Positions 18,393 through 28,656 of a DNA stretch of 61,577 nucleotides are shown here, in pieces. The stretch's first letter is position 1, and each line of letters begins with the position of its first letter. Origin of the DNA: Gammaproteobacteria bacterium. Its GTDB lineage: Bacteria; Pseudomonadota; Gammaproteobacteria; JAGOUN01. The notes under the pieces are model-generated. The model was not told the origin of the DNA. It searched no databases and was given only the letters and a program-made list of their open reading frames with translations. The DNA lies in assembly GCA_018061255.1 (NCBI GenBank), contig JAGOUN010000003.1, forward strand, positions 1 through 61,577, given 5' to 3'. The position numbers were made by a program, and so were the translations under genes.

Positions 18393-19169
18393 TTATAAAA
18401 GAAAACTTGCTATAACGGGGGTGTGATCAGACGGACGCTCCCAAGTACGCGGGACTTTGTCGATTTCGCAACCTTGTAGATGATCGACTAAAGCTGGGCT
18501 AGCCAACACATGATCAATACGCAGCCCCATGTTGCGACGAAAAGCCGCCTGGCGATAATCCCACCAACTGTATTGCGTTTCACCCACCGGCGATTTTCGA
18601 TAGCAATCTACAAATCCAAGATCGATTAAACTTTTCCACGCGGCACGCTCTTTTTCACTGACCAACACTTCGCCTTGCCACAGCATAGGCTCATGTACAT
18701 CGTCATCCGTAGGGGCAATATTAAAATCGCCCAACACAATCACTTTTTGACGTTTATTCAATAATGAAGTCAAAAAATTTCTTAAATGATCTAACCAAAT
18801 TAGTTTATACAAGTATTTATCTGTACCAACAGCCGCTCCATTAGGTACATATAAATTTAAAATAAACACACCGTCAATTTCCACGCCCAATATACGACGC
18901 TGTTCATCGCAATAACCAGGAAAATCTGACACAGCAGTTTCTACCAGCATCGGTTGTTTGCTCAGCAATGCAACACCATTGTAGGTTTTTTGCCCTGATA
19001 CAATGGCGTGATACCCCAACTCGCGAAAAATATCATGTGGAAAAGCATCGCTCTGCATTTTTATTTCTTGCAATGCCAATACATCCGGCTGCGCGCTCTT
19101 TATCCATTCCAGCACGTGCTCAAGACGAACTTTAAGTGAATTTACATTCCAAGTAGCGATTTTAAGCAT
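18393..19169 (-). CDS. xthA: Exodeoxyribonuclease III
   Basis: MLKIATWNVNSLKVRL, ALQEIK, GDFNIAP, SDHTPV: the EEP nuclease motif set. Confidence 0.92.
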   Translation of the reverse strand: MLKIATWNVNSLKVRLEHVLEWIKSAQPDVLALQEIKMQSDAFPHDIFRELGYHAIVSGQKTYNGVALLSKQPMLVETAVSDFPGYCDEQRRILGVEIDGVFILNLYVPNGAAVGTDKYLYKLIWLDHLRNFLTSLLNKRQKVIVLGDFNIAPTDDDVHEPMLWQGEVLVSEKERAAWKSLIDLGFVDCYRKSPVGETQYSWWDYRQAAFRRNMGLRIDHVLASPALVDHLQGCEIDKVPRTWERPSDHTPVIASFLL

Positions 19170-19181
19170 TATTCAAAATCA

Positions 19182-19394
19182 TCAAAAGCCTTCCCAAATT
19201 TTCTTGTCTGCAGGTAAAGGTTCTGCAGTCGATAAAACGCCATCTCGTAAGCCTGCAATTCGAGCATGTTTAGCGATTTCCTTTTCTTGAGAAACCGACT
19301 TTTTAGGGTGGGATTGATCAAATTTAGCTAAAAAACTTCCAATATCGCTAACAAATGAACGCTTAAGTGGATTGAACATATGTTTTCTCACCAT
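19182..19394 (-). CDS. Small conserved-looking hypothetical protein (possibly DUF3460-like)
   Basis: 70-aa ORF with two possible ATGs (19394, 19379). The weak family resemblance is from memory only. Confidence 0.4.
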   Translation of the reverse strand: MVRKHMFNPLKRSFVSDIGSFLAKFDQSHPKKSVSQEKEIAKHARIAGLRDGVLSTAEPLPADKKIWEGF

Positions 19395-19449
19395 GTAGAT
19401 TTCGTGGCATTATAAGACGAAACCGGTAAAAAGAATATGAGTACGCGCA

Positions 19450-20763
19450 ATGACACTGATGAAATCTCCCTATTTTTCTCAAAAACCTCTTGCGGCAAGA
19501 ATTCGGCCGCAATCGTTATCGGATATTGTCGGTCAAGCGCATTTGCTTGGCGAGGGCAAACCTATCCGCCTTGCAATTGAAAAGGGGCTCTTGCATTCGA
19601 TGATTTTTTGGGGCCCTCCAGGCACTGGAAAAACTACTTTAGCCAACTTATTAGCAAAAAAAAGCGGCGCACATTTTGAAACTCTATCAGCCGTACTGGC
19701 TGGAGTAAAAGAAATTCGTGCCGTGGTAGATGCAGCAAAACTACGCAAAGAGGTTTCTGGACAAAAAACAGTTTTGTTTGTTGATGAAATTCATCGATTT
19801 AATAAATCACAACAAGATGCGTTTTTGCCACATGTTGAAGAAGGCATTGTGACATTGATTGGGGCAACGACAGAAAATCCATCCTTTGAATTGAATAATG
19901 CATTATTGTCACGCGTGCGCGTTTATGTATTAAAAAGTCTGTCCGAAGAAGAGCTACATCAATTGCTAAAAAAAGTACTGGCTGATTCTGAAACTGGATT
20001 CGGAAATTTTGTCGTCAATTTCCCAGAAAATCTAAAAAACAGTTTGGTACTCGCAAGCGATGGTGACGCTCGCTTATTGCTGAATATGTTAGAAATTTTA
20101 TTGGATGAATGCATGGATGAAAATCAATTCACTATCACCGAAGAAAAATTTAACAATCTTATTCAACATAAATTTCGTCGATTTGATAAACATGGTGAAT
20201 ATTTTCATGATCAAATATCTGCTTTGCACAAATCCGTCAGAGGATCCGATCCCGATGCAGCACTGTATTGGTTTGCAAGCATGTTGGAAGCTGGTTGCGA
20301 CCCCCTTTATATTGCAAGACGCGTTGTGCGCATGGCAAGTGAAGATATTGGCAATGCAGATCCTCGAGCATTAACTTTGGCATTAAACGCGTGGGATGTG
20401 CAAGAGCGACTCGGCAGCCCAGAAGGAGAATTAACTATCGCTCAAGCAGTCATTTACATGGCTTGCGCGGCAAAAAGCAATGCAGTTTATATGGCATTTA
20501 ATCAAGTGATGGACGATATTAAAAAAAATCCGACGCCAGAAGTTCCCTTACATTTACGTAATGCACCAACACGATTAATGAAACAACTCGATTATGGCAA
20601 AACCTATCGTTATGCACATGATGAACCTCATGCTTATGCCGCTAATGAAAAATATTTTCCCGAGAATGTAACACCAAAAAAATATTATTTTCCGGTAGAT
20701 CGAGGATTAGAAATCAAGATTTCTGAAAAATTGAAATTTCTTAAGTCATTGGATAAAAAATAA
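19450..20763 (+). CDS. rarA: Replication-associated recombination protein A (AAA+ ATPase)
   Basis: RPQSLSDIVGQAHLLG, Walker A GPPGTGKTTLA, VLFVDEIHRFNK, C-terminal MgsA domain DPDAALYW. Confidence 0.93.
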   Translation: MTLMKSPYFSQKPLAARIRPQSLSDIVGQAHLLGEGKPIRLAIEKGLLHSMIFWGPPGTGKTTLANLLAKKSGAHFETLSAVLAGVKEIRAVVDAAKLRKEVSGQKTVLFVDEIHRFNKSQQDAFLPHVEEGIVTLIGATTENPSFELNNALLSRVRVYVLKSLSEEELHQLLKKVLADSETGFGNFVVNFPENLKNSLVLASDGDARLLLNMLEILLDECMDENQFTITEEKFNNLIQHKFRRFDKHGEYFHDQISALHKSVRGSDPDAALYWFASMLEAGCDPLYIARRVVRMASEDIGNADPRALTLALNAWDVQERLGSPEGELTIAQAVIYMACAAKSNAVYMAFNQVMDDIKKNPTPEVPLHLRNAPTRLMKQLDYGKTYRYAHDEPHAYAANEKYFPENVTPKKYYFPVDRGLEIKISEKLKFLKSLDKK

Positions 20764-20765
20764 AA

Positions 20766-21428
20766 TTACGCCAAACTCAACAGCATTTCAATAGCTTTTT
20801 GCTTATTTTCTGCTTTAAAAACCGTATATCCTGCAACAAATGTATCAGCGCCTGCCTCACTAATCGTTTGAATATTTTCTAAATTAATTCCACCATCTGC
20901 TGATAAACGAATCTCAAATCCAGATTGATCAATCAATTGTCGTGCATGTTGGATTTTGGCGAGTGCTTGTGGAATAAACTTTTGCCCGCCAAATCCTGGA
21001 TTGACAGACATAATTAAAATTAAATCTAATTTATCCAACACATTTTCTAGCATGGCAATAGGCGTTGAAGGATTAAAAGCCAAGCCCGCTTTACAACCAA
21101 GATCACGAATTTGTTGCAAATGTCTGTCAACATGCGGAGTGGCTTCTGCATGAATAGTGATATACGTAGCGCCCGCTTTGGCAAACGCGTGAATAAGATT
21201 TTCAACATTGTTTACCATCAAATGCACATCAATCGGCGCAGTAATGCCATCATCACGCAATGCTTGGCAAACCATAGGGCCAATGCTGAGGTTAGGTACA
21301 AAATTATTATCCATCACATCAAAATGTAACCATTGAGCGCCTGCTGCTAGCACAGATTTGGCGTCACGACCTAAATGTGCAAAATTCGCAGCTAAAAGCG
21401 AAGGGGCAATAATTGGCGATTGTTTCAT
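20766..21428 (-). CDS. rpe: Ribulose-phosphate 3-epimerase
   Basis: IAPSLLAANFAHLG, HFDVMDNNFVPN, MSVNPGFGGQKF. Confidence 0.93.
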   Translation of the reverse strand: MKQSPIIAPSLLAANFAHLGRDAKSVLAAGAQWLHFDVMDNNFVPNLSIGPMVCQALRDDGITAPIDVHLMVNNVENLIHAFAKAGATYITIHAEATPHVDRHLQQIRDLGCKAGLAFNPSTPIAMLENVLDKLDLILIMSVNPGFGGQKFIPQALAKIQHARQLIDQSGFEIRLSADGGINLENIQTISEAGADTFVAGYTVFKAENKQKAIEMLLSLA

Positions 21429-22213
21429 TACAGATTCACTCCTTTGGATTGCATCACATTTTCATAAGCACTACGAATTTGATATATTTTATCATTTGCC
21501 GCCTTAATTTCTACTTCACTTGCACCTTTTGAAGCTAACTTATCCGGATGAAATTTATTCATTAAACGCCGATACGTTTTCCGAATAGTGGCAACATCTG
21601 CATCGGCTTTTAATCCCATTAATTTATAATCATCAGCAAGCGAATTTTTTTTCGGCGCAGTATATTGATTATTGTATTGAGAATAAGAATATTGTTGTTG
21701 TGCTTCTGGAATTGGAATGCCGAGTTTCGCACAAATTTCTTGTAACAAGCGTTGTTGCGCAATCGAAGGCGCACCATTTGCATAAGCAATATTCATTAAA
21801 CACGTCAGTAAAATTCTGGTAAACGGCGGCTGACGATACAGACGTAATTTTTGAAAAACTTCTTCTATATCAAATTGCTGATTTTTTCCATCATAAAACC
21901 AACGCATTGCTTGGTGTCTTTGATCGTCTGGTAAACGTAACTGCGTCATAACATTAGACGCAATTCTAATTTCATTAGGCGTAACTTGACCATCTGCTTT
22001 GGCCAAGTGGCCCATTAAAATGAAAACACCACGAACAAAAGGCTGGCTAAACGCTTGACGCCAGTTCCAACTGAATCCTGGGCCAGCAGAGCCAGAGCCT
22101 GTAGTTTTATTGACAGATTGATCCATCATAGAACCAATAAAAAAGCCAATGATGGCACCAATAGGTCCACCAAAAAAGAATCCGAGGATAGTTGCGATAA
22201 TTCTACATGTCAT
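21428..22213 (-). CDS. djlA: Co-chaperone DjlA (TM helix, TerB-like domain, C-terminal J domain)
   Basis: N-terminal Gly-rich TM segment and J domain DYKLMGLKADADVATIRKTYRRLMNKFHPDK. ATG at 22213 (the ORF track starts at TTG 22240). Confidence 0.82.
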   Translation of the reverse strand: MTCRIIATILGFFFGGPIGAIIGFFIGSMMDQSVNKTTGSGSAGPGFSWNWRQAFSQPFVRGVFILMGHLAKADGQVTPNEIRIASNVMTQLRLPDDQRHQAMRWFYDGKNQQFDIEEVFQKLRLYRQPPFTRILLTCLMNIAYANGAPSIAQQRLLQEICAKLGIPIPEAQQQYSYSQYNNQYTAPKKNSLADDYKLMGLKADADVATIRKTYRRLMNKFHPDKLASKGASEVEIKAANDKIYQIRSAYENVMQSKGVNL

Positions 22214-22281
22214 AGTGATAGTGTTGCTCTTGTTGGGCAAGTCCGTACAATAAACCCCAATTTAGGCTTCAAGGGGCGCAA

Positions 22282-23550
22282 ATGCGCGTATTGTATAATA
22301 TTCTGGCATATATGAGTATGCCTATTTTATTCCTTCGACTGTGGTGGCGCTCGAGAGATGTACCCGCTCGTTGGGAGCGCTGGCAGGAGCGTTGCGGTTA
22401 TTCTCCTATATTAAGAGAATGTATTTGGGTACACGCAGTTTCCTTGGGCGAAACGCTCGCTGCGTTGCCATTAATCAACAAAATCATACAAAATTACCCA
22501 AACACACCTATTCTGGTCACTAACATGACATTAACAGGATCAGATCAAGTCAATAAACAGCTTGGTAATAGCGTCATTAATGCTTATATCCCTTTTGACA
22601 CCCCGCTGTTTGTACGGCGATTTTTTGAACGATCTCACCCGAAAATAGCGATCATACTAGAAACAGAACTATGGCCGAACTTATTTCGTCAATGCGAATT
22701 GAGAAAGATTCCATTGGTAGTAACGAATGCACGCTTATCGCAAAAGTCCGCAGAAGGTTATCAACGTTTTTTTGCATCATTGATGCGTTGGATGATGCGT
22801 TGCGTCACCCTGCTTGCTTGCCAAGCGTCAGCTGATGGCGAACGCTTTCTTCGATTAGGTTTAGCGAAAGAAAAATTATTTGTGACTGGAAATATAAAGT
22901 TCGATATTACTGTTTCACCAGAAATTTTACAAAAAGGCATAAATCTTAAACAGCAAATAGGCAATAATCGATTCATTTGGGTGGCAGCAAGTACGCATGA
23001 TACCGAAGAAAAATTAATGTTAGATGCCCATAAAATGGTATTGAAAAAATTTCCAAATGCATTATTAATTTTAGTGCCTAGGCACCCTGAAAGATTTGAT
23101 GCAGTCGCAGAATTATTGCAGACAGAGCACTGGAAATTTTCTCGTCGAAGCTTACAGCAAACTATTATCCCAGAAACTCAAGTTTATTTGAGTGATACCT
23201 TGGGTGAAATGATGGTTGTTTTTGCCGCGTGTGATGTTGCTGTTGTCGCAGGAAGTTTTAAACCCATTGGCGGACATAACGTACTAGAACCCGCAGCATT
23301 AGCAAAACCAATTATTAGCGGTCCACATGTATGCAATTTTTTACAAGCAGTGAATTTATTAAAAGACGCAGATGCGATTGATATTGTAGAAAATAGCGCA
23401 GAATCTCTCGCAACTACACTTTGTGGTTTTGCGGCAGATGTTCAGTTGTGCGAAGAAAAAGGTGCGCGTGCATTAGATGTCGTTGAAGCCAATCGCGGCG
23501 CTTTGGACAAACAATTTGCATTAATTGAGAAGATTTTGAAGCAGCAATAA
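22282..23550 (+). CDS. waaA: 3-deoxy-D-manno-octulosonic acid (Kdo) transferase
   Basis: IWVHAVSLGETLAALPLI, ETELWPNL, VPRHPERF, GGHNVLEPAA. Confidence 0.9.
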   Translation: MRVLYNILAYMSMPILFLRLWWRSRDVPARWERWQERCGYSPILRECIWVHAVSLGETLAALPLINKIIQNYPNTPILVTNMTLTGSDQVNKQLGNSVINAYIPFDTPLFVRRFFERSHPKIAIILETELWPNLFRQCELRKIPLVVTNARLSQKSAEGYQRFFASLMRWMMRCVTLLACQASADGERFLRLGLAKEKLFVTGNIKFDITVSPEILQKGINLKQQIGNNRFIWVAASTHDTEEKLMLDAHKMVLKKFPNALLILVPRHPERFDAVAELLQTEHWKFSRRSLQQTIIPETQVYLSDTLGEMMVVFAACDVAVVAGSFKPIGGHNVLEPAALAKPIISGPHVCNFLQAVNLLKDADAIDIVENSAESLATTLCGFAADVQLCEEKGARALDVVEANRGALDKQFALIEKILKQQ

Positions 23551-24168
23551 ATCCCGATAAGCGTCTGCTTTTGCGCTGGGATTTCGTAACAAATACGCAG
23601 GGTGATAGGTAATTAACAACGGTATTTTTTCTTCGCCGTACGCGTGCACTGGTCCACGCAATTTTCCAATCGATAATGTTGAGTCGAGAAGATATTGAGC
23701 AGCGATTCTTCCTACTGCACATAAAACCGTTGGTTGAATCAATGCAATTTGCTGTTTCAAATACGGCGTGCATTGCGCCACTTCTTCAGGAAGAGGATCA
23801 CGATTCTCTGGCGGGCGACACTTAAGAATATTCGCAATATAAATTTCAGAACGCTCCAATCCTATCGCATGCAGCATCGCATTGAGCAATTGACCGGCAC
23901 GCCCAACAAATGGCTCACCTTGTTGATCTTCATGAAAACCGGGCGCTTCACCAATAATCATTAATTTTGCTTTTGTGTTTCCTACACCAAAAACCGTTTG
24001 CGTGCGCGTTTGATGTAACGGGCAAAGTTTACAATCCGCAACACATTTTTTTAGTAAGGGCAGGTCTTGTACCTGCGCGTCTTGTGGCACTACGCTTGAC
24101 AGAACAACACGCTCCTTCCAAACCGGAATATCTAAGGCATGAAGCAATGCTTGTTTTTGAATTATCAT
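23521..24168 (-). CDS. Uracil-DNA glycosylase, family 4
   Basis: CKLCPLHQTRTQTVFGVGNTKAKLMIIGEAPGFHEDQQGEPFVGRAGQLL and YHPAYLLRNP. ATG at 24168. The longer ORF-track form overlaps brnT copy 2 antisense and is rejected. Confidence 0.82.
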   Translation of the reverse strand: MIIQKQALLHALDIPVWKERVVLSSVVPQDAQVQDLPLLKKCVADCKLCPLHQTRTQTVFGVGNTKAKLMIIGEAPGFHEDQQGEPFVGRAGQLLNAMLHAIGLERSEIYIANILKCRPPENRDPLPEEVAQCTPYLKQQIALIQPTVLCAVGRIAAQYLLDSTLSIGKLRGPVHAYGEEKIPLLITYHPAYLLRNPSAKADAYRDLLLLQNLLN

Positions 24169-24214
24169 AATTTCCCGCTTGAAATGTATATTTCCATAAT
24201 ATACAATTTTCTCT

Positions 24215-24514
24215 ATGAAAGAGATTATACTAACAGAATGCAGTGGTTTCGAGTGGGATGAAGCCAATTGTATGAAAAATTTCAAAAAACATGGCGTTTC
24301 TTCGCTGGAATGCGAACAGGTATTTTTTAATACCCCTTTGTTAATGCAGGAAGATAGCAAACATTCAGCGCTAGAAAGAAGATTGTATGTTTTAGGCAAG
24401 ACTGATGCGGATCGAAAACTTTTCATTGCATTCACTATGAGAAACGACCAAATAAGAGTTATTTCTGCGCGAGACATGAGCAAACAGGAGCGCCGTATTT
24501 ATGAGCAAGCTTAA
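24215..24514 (+). CDS. brnT: BrnT-family (DUF497) toxin, copy 2
   Basis: FEWDEANCMKNFKKHGVSSLECEQVFF and IRVISARDMSKQERRIY. Confidence 0.8.
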   Translation: MKEIILTECSGFEWDEANCMKNFKKHGVSSLECEQVFFNTPLLMQEDSKHSALERRLYVLGKTDADRKLFIAFTMRNDQIRVISARDMSKQERRIYEQA

Positions 24515-24779
24515 CAAATTACCAAAATTTAAAAATGTTACTGAGGAAGCTAATTTTTGGCAAACTCACGACTCTAGCCAGTATATTGATTGGACACAAG
24601 CAAAACAGGCTGTATTCCCTAATTTAAAGCCTTCTACAAAAACAATTTCTTTGCGTTTACCTGAAAACTTGCTTAACGATATTAAAATATTAGCAAATAA
24701 AGAAGATATTCCTTATCAGTCATTGATAAAAATATTACTATCTCGCGGTATTTTTGCTTTTCGAAAAGTCGCGAGTTAA
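24501..24779 (+). CDS. brnA: BrnA-like antitoxin, copy 2
   Basis: Overlaps the brnT 3' end by 14 nt. KTISLRLPENLLNDIKILANKEDIPYQSLIKILL fits an RHH-type C-terminus. Confidence 0.75.
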   Translation: MSKLNKLPKFKNVTEEANFWQTHDSSQYIDWTQAKQAVFPNLKPSTKTISLRLPENLLNDIKILANKEDIPYQSLIKILLSRGIFAFRKVAS

Positions 24780-26491
24780 GGCATTTTTTCATAAGGATAA
24801 TATTTCGCTTGCCAAATAACCTGTTGAATGGCTTGATCTACACTATGCTCATTTTGATAGGTTGCTAAATTTTGATTTCTCGCTTCTTCGATAACGCGTT
24901 TCGCAATGGCTAAACTGATTTCTCGCACCTTTGATAAATCAGGTAGCAAAGGCGCATCTTTATCTTTGAAAACAGGCGAAAATTGACTGAGCGCTTCCGC
25001 GGCTGCCCAAATCATTTCATCCGTCAGTTTTTTGGGTCGACATGCAATCACCCCCAGTCCTATTCCAGGAAAAATAAACGCATTATTACTTTGAGAAATG
25101 CGGATTTTTTTTCCTTGATAAGTAATATCGGCAAATGGGCTTCCAGTCGCCACTAACGCTTTTCCCTGGCTCCACTCATAAATATCGGCAGGGTGTGCTT
25201 CTGCACGAGAAGTTGGATTGGATAAAGGTAAAATAATCGGTCGGTCAGTATACTCTGACATTGCGCGCACGATTTCTTCACTAAATGCGCCAGTGACAGC
25301 CGAACAACCGACAAGAATGGTGGGTTTCGCATAATGAATAACGTCCAATAAATTAGGATTTTTCCCGCTGATTTTCCAAGCGCGCACTTCACTAGCAGCA
25401 CGCGCATAGGGTTGTTGAAAATCAGTAAGCCCATCCATATCATCCACCAGCAAACCTGGTTGATCAATCAGATAAAAACATTTTGCCGCCGCTTCGGGTA
25501 AGGAACCTTGTCGCACCATCGCTGCAAATAATTGATCAGCAACGCCAGTACCCGCCGTACCTGCGCCAAAAAAAACAATCCGCTCCTGTGATAGTTCACG
25601 CCCTGAAGCATACAAACCGGCTAGAATAACCGCTAAAGTGACCGCACCGGTTCCTTGCATATCATCATTGAAACTGCAAAACTTTTCTCGATAACGTTCC
25701 AAATTACGTCGCGCATTATCTCGACCAAAATCTTCCCAATGCAAAAAAGCATTTGGCAAATATTTGCGAACCGTGCGTACAAATAAATTGATAAAATCAT
25801 CGTACTCTTTTCCAGTGATACGCTTGTGCCGCCACCCAAGATACATGGGATCATTCAGTAGTTCTTGATTATTTGTGCCCACATCTAAAGTAATCGCAAG
25901 TTTATGCAATGGATTGACGCCCGCGCAGAGCACATAGACCATCAATTTCCCGATAGAAATATTCATGCCCCCAATGCCTTGATCGCCGATACCTAAAACG
26001 CGCTCGCCATCGGTGACCACCATCAATTCAATTTCTTGGTTAGAGCGATTCGCAATCATCGCTTCCATTTGATCGCGATCAGGATAGGAGAGATACAAAC
26101 CACGCGGTCGCCGCAGTTGCAAACTAAATTGTTCCACAGCATTACTGATGGTGGGCGTATAAATAATCGGCAGCATTTCTTCTAAGTGTTCACCAACAAA
26201 TCGGTAGAAAAGTGTTTCATTGGTATCATGCAAGGCATTCAGAAAAATATTTTTACTTAAGTCAGAATCATAGGATTGGTACTGCTGATAAATACGAAAA
26301 CTTTGCTCTTCGATAGTTTCGACGTGATGAGGCAACTTTCCTTGTAGCTGAAATACCTGGCGTTCTTCTTGAGTGAAGGCACTGCCTTTATTTAAACGAG
26401 GATTGACGAGCAAATCGTAGCCAGTTTGGTTGGTATTGAGTTTTAAAATATTCCCTTCTGCGTCACGAATGAGCTCAAATTGGCATGACAT
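24776..26491 (-). CDS. maeA: NAD-dependent malic enzyme (long, SfcA/MaeA type)
   Basis: LNKGSAFTQEERQVFQLQGKLP, DTNETLFYRFV, FNDDMQGTGAVTLA, GAGTAGTG. Confidence 0.92.
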   Translation of the reverse strand: MSCQFELIRDAEGNILKLNTNQTGYDLLVNPRLNKGSAFTQEERQVFQLQGKLPHHVETIEEQSFRIYQQYQSYDSDLSKNIFLNALHDTNETLFYRFVGEHLEEMLPIIYTPTISNAVEQFSLQLRRPRGLYLSYPDRDQMEAMIANRSNQEIELMVVTDGERVLGIGDQGIGGMNISIGKLMVYVLCAGVNPLHKLAITLDVGTNNQELLNDPMYLGWRHKRITGKEYDDFINLFVRTVRKYLPNAFLHWEDFGRDNARRNLERYREKFCSFNDDMQGTGAVTLAVILAGLYASGRELSQERIVFFGAGTAGTGVADQLFAAMVRQGSLPEAAAKCFYLIDQPGLLVDDMDGLTDFQQPYARAASEVRAWKISGKNPNLLDVIHYAKPTILVGCSAVTGAFSEEIVRAMSEYTDRPIILPLSNPTSRAEAHPADIYEWSQGKALVATGSPFADITYQGKKIRISQSNNAFIFPGIGLGVIACRPKKLTDEMIWAAAEALSQFSPVFKDKDAPLLPDLSKVREISLAIAKRVIEEARNQNLATYQNEHSVDQAIQQVIWQAKYYPYEKMP

Positions 26492-26607
26492 TGGTATTTT
26501 CCCCGAGATGATCGCTGGAAGTACTATAGCGTATTCATCACTTGACCTTCAACAATACCTTTTTCAGGTTTTTTATGCTAATTTGCCTTAACTTTTATTG
26601 TTAATAG

Positions 26608-28176
26608 GTGATTGCCGTGGAAGTCAAGCGTTCGGTTGGAATTTGGGGGCTTCTTTTCTTATCCGTCGGTGGAATTGTTGGTTCTGGATGGTTATTCGGA
26701 CCGTTTTTTGCCGCACAAATTGCCGGCCCTTCCGCTGTTATTGCTTGGGTATTGGGTGGCTTGTTGATGGTTGTGGTGGCTTTAACGTTTGCAGAATTGG
26801 CAGCAATGTTTCCAGTCACCGGCGGATCTATCCAATTTTTACAAGTCAGTCACGGCACGCTGGTGAGTTTTACGTTTGCCTGGATTGGTTGGATTTCGTC
26901 AGTTGCGATCGCACCGATTGAAACCCTCGCCCTACTGCAATACGCTACGCATTATATTCCTTGGTTAACCTTTCAACAGGAAAACGTAACACTATTAACG
27001 GGGCAAGGAACGATTGTTGCGGCAGTCATTATGGGGCTGATTTGTTGGATTAATGTGGTAGGGGTCAATTTACTGTCGAAATCCAACATATTACTCGGTT
27101 GTTTCAAATTGTTTGTTCCAATATTGACAGCCATATTATTATTGTCTTTAGATTTTCATCCACACAATTTTACTCGCCATCAATTTTTCGCCGGTGGTGT
27201 GCATGGTTTATTAGCCAGTTTACCCTCTGCGGGGATAATTTTTTCATTTATTGGCTATAGCACAGCCGTTCAAATGGGCGGTGAAGCTAAGAGGCCTCAA
27301 TTTGCCATTCCTTTTGCAATTCTGGGTGCATTGTTAATTTGCACATTATTATACTGCGGCTTACAAACTGCGTTTATTGGCGCAGTGCCAGAAAGCAGTT
27401 TAGTCAATGGTTGGGAGCATCTTAGTTTTGCAGGTGATGCTGGACCCTTCGTGGGACTCATGACCATGCTAGGTATTGTATGGTGCGTTCACCTGCTTTA
27501 CGTCGACGCTGTGCTTTCACCTTTCGGCAGTGCGTTAATTTATACAGGGTCAACCGCGCGTATGGCATACGCTATGGGGAAAAATGGATATATGCCTAGT
27601 TTCTTGCGCAAATTGAATAAACAAGGTACGCCTTCACGTTTGGTGTGGGTAAACTTTTTTATTGGTATGTTGTTATTTTTACCCTTCCCCACTTGGCAAA
27701 CGATGATGAGCTTTTTAGTCTCTGCTGTTGTGTTTGCTTATGCGGTGGGTCCATTAGCGCTTGTGGTGCTGAGAAAAATTGCGCCTGAGCAACCAAGACC
27801 ATTTCGTTTACCAAAACCAAAACTGCTCTCGTTTATAGCGTTTTATATTTGTAATTTGATTTTATTATGGGTCGGTTGGAGCATTATGTATAAAATGCTA
27901 ATTATGATTATTTTAGGATATGTATTGTTATGGGCATATCGAAAATATGGGCATAGTGAACGCTTTCCTATGGAATGGCATAATAGCGGATGGTTGTTTA
28001 TGTATCTATTTCTATTAGGCGCAGTCTCTTATTCTGCTAGCTTTGGTGGCGGCCGCGACTGGATTACCTTTGGCTGGGACTTTTTAGTGGTAGCTTTTGT
28101 AAGTTTCTGGATTTTTATCTGGGCTTATACCAGCGGTTGCAAAACACCTGCGCAATTATCCGTTGTAGGGAAGTAG
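26608..28176 (+). CDS. APC-superfamily amino acid permease
   Basis: About 12 hydrophobic segments and N-terminal GLLFLSVGGIVGSGWLF, typical of APC transporters. GTG start at 26608. Confidence 0.78.
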   Translation: MIAVEVKRSVGIWGLLFLSVGGIVGSGWLFGPFFAAQIAGPSAVIAWVLGGLLMVVVALTFAELAAMFPVTGGSIQFLQVSHGTLVSFTFAWIGWISSVAIAPIETLALLQYATHYIPWLTFQQENVTLLTGQGTIVAAVIMGLICWINVVGVNLLSKSNILLGCFKLFVPILTAILLLSLDFHPHNFTRHQFFAGGVHGLLASLPSAGIIFSFIGYSTAVQMGGEAKRPQFAIPFAILGALLICTLLYCGLQTAFIGAVPESSLVNGWEHLSFAGDAGPFVGLMTMLGIVWCVHLLYVDAVLSPFGSALIYTGSTARMAYAMGKNGYMPSFLRKLNKQGTPSRLVWVNFFIGMLLFLPFPTWQTMMSFLVSAVVFAYAVGPLALVVLRKIAPEQPRPFRLPKPKLLSFIAFYICNLILLWVGWSIMYKMLIMIILGYVLLWAYRKYGHSERFPMEWHNSGWLFMYLFLLGAVSYSASFGGGRDWITFGWDFLVVAFVSFWIFIWAYTSGCKTPAQLSVVGK

Positions 28177-28177
28177 T

Positions 28178-28651
28178 ATGAAACAAATCGCCGTTTATCC
28201 GGGGACATTTGATCCATTAACCAATGGACATGTGAATATTGTTCAGCGTGCGCTTAATTTATTTGACGAAGTCGTCATTGCTGTTGCCTCAAACCCCGAT
28301 AAACGCCCGTTTTTATCCTATGAGCAACGCGTGGAATTGGCACAGCAAAGTTTTGCAAATGAACCGCGAGTTATTGTAGAAGGCTTTGACACCTTGTTAA
28401 CCGATTTCTTGCGTGCAAAAAATGCTGTCGTTGTGATAAGAGGCTTACGCGCAGTGTCTGATTTCGAATATGAATTTATGCTGGCTGGAATGAACCGCAA
28501 GCTTATGCCAAAAATTGAAACGATCTACTTGATGCCATCGGATGAATATATGTTTGTCTCTTCAACTTTTGTGCGTGAAGCCGCAAAGCTCAAAGGAGAT
28601 GTCAGCGCGTTTGTACCACCAGTCGTATTGAAAGCCTTACAAAAAATGTAA
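28178..28651 (+). CDS. coaD: Pantetheine-phosphate adenylyltransferase
   Basis: AVYPGTFDPLTNGHVNIVQRA, VRGLRAVSDFEYE. Confidence 0.94.
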   Translation: MKQIAVYPGTFDPLTNGHVNIVQRALNLFDEVVIAVASNPDKRPFLSYEQRVELAQQSFANEPRVIVEGFDTLLTDFLRAKNAVVVIRGLRAVSDFEYEFMLAGMNRKLMPKIETIYLMPSDEYMFVSSTFVREAAKLKGDVSAFVPPVVLKALQKM

Positions 28652-28656
28652 TAGAT

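Noticed and set aside
18169-18415. ORFs 18169..18360 (-) and 18215..18415 (+)
   Set aside because: Both overlap the clear tRNA-Leu(CAG) gene and the rpsU leader. Their translations are tRNA-derived artefacts.
24169-24483. N-terminal 105-aa extension of the UDG ORF (23521..24483)
   Set aside because: UDG family 4 homology starts after the ATG at 24168. The extension runs antisense through the well-supported brnT copy 2 and has no homology.
26598-26921. Alternative-frame ORFs at the start of the APC permease gene (107 aa on +, 72 aa on -)
   Set aside because: The frame starting at GTG 26608 gives a continuous 12-TM transporter. The others are Cys/Trp/Arg-rich off-frame products.
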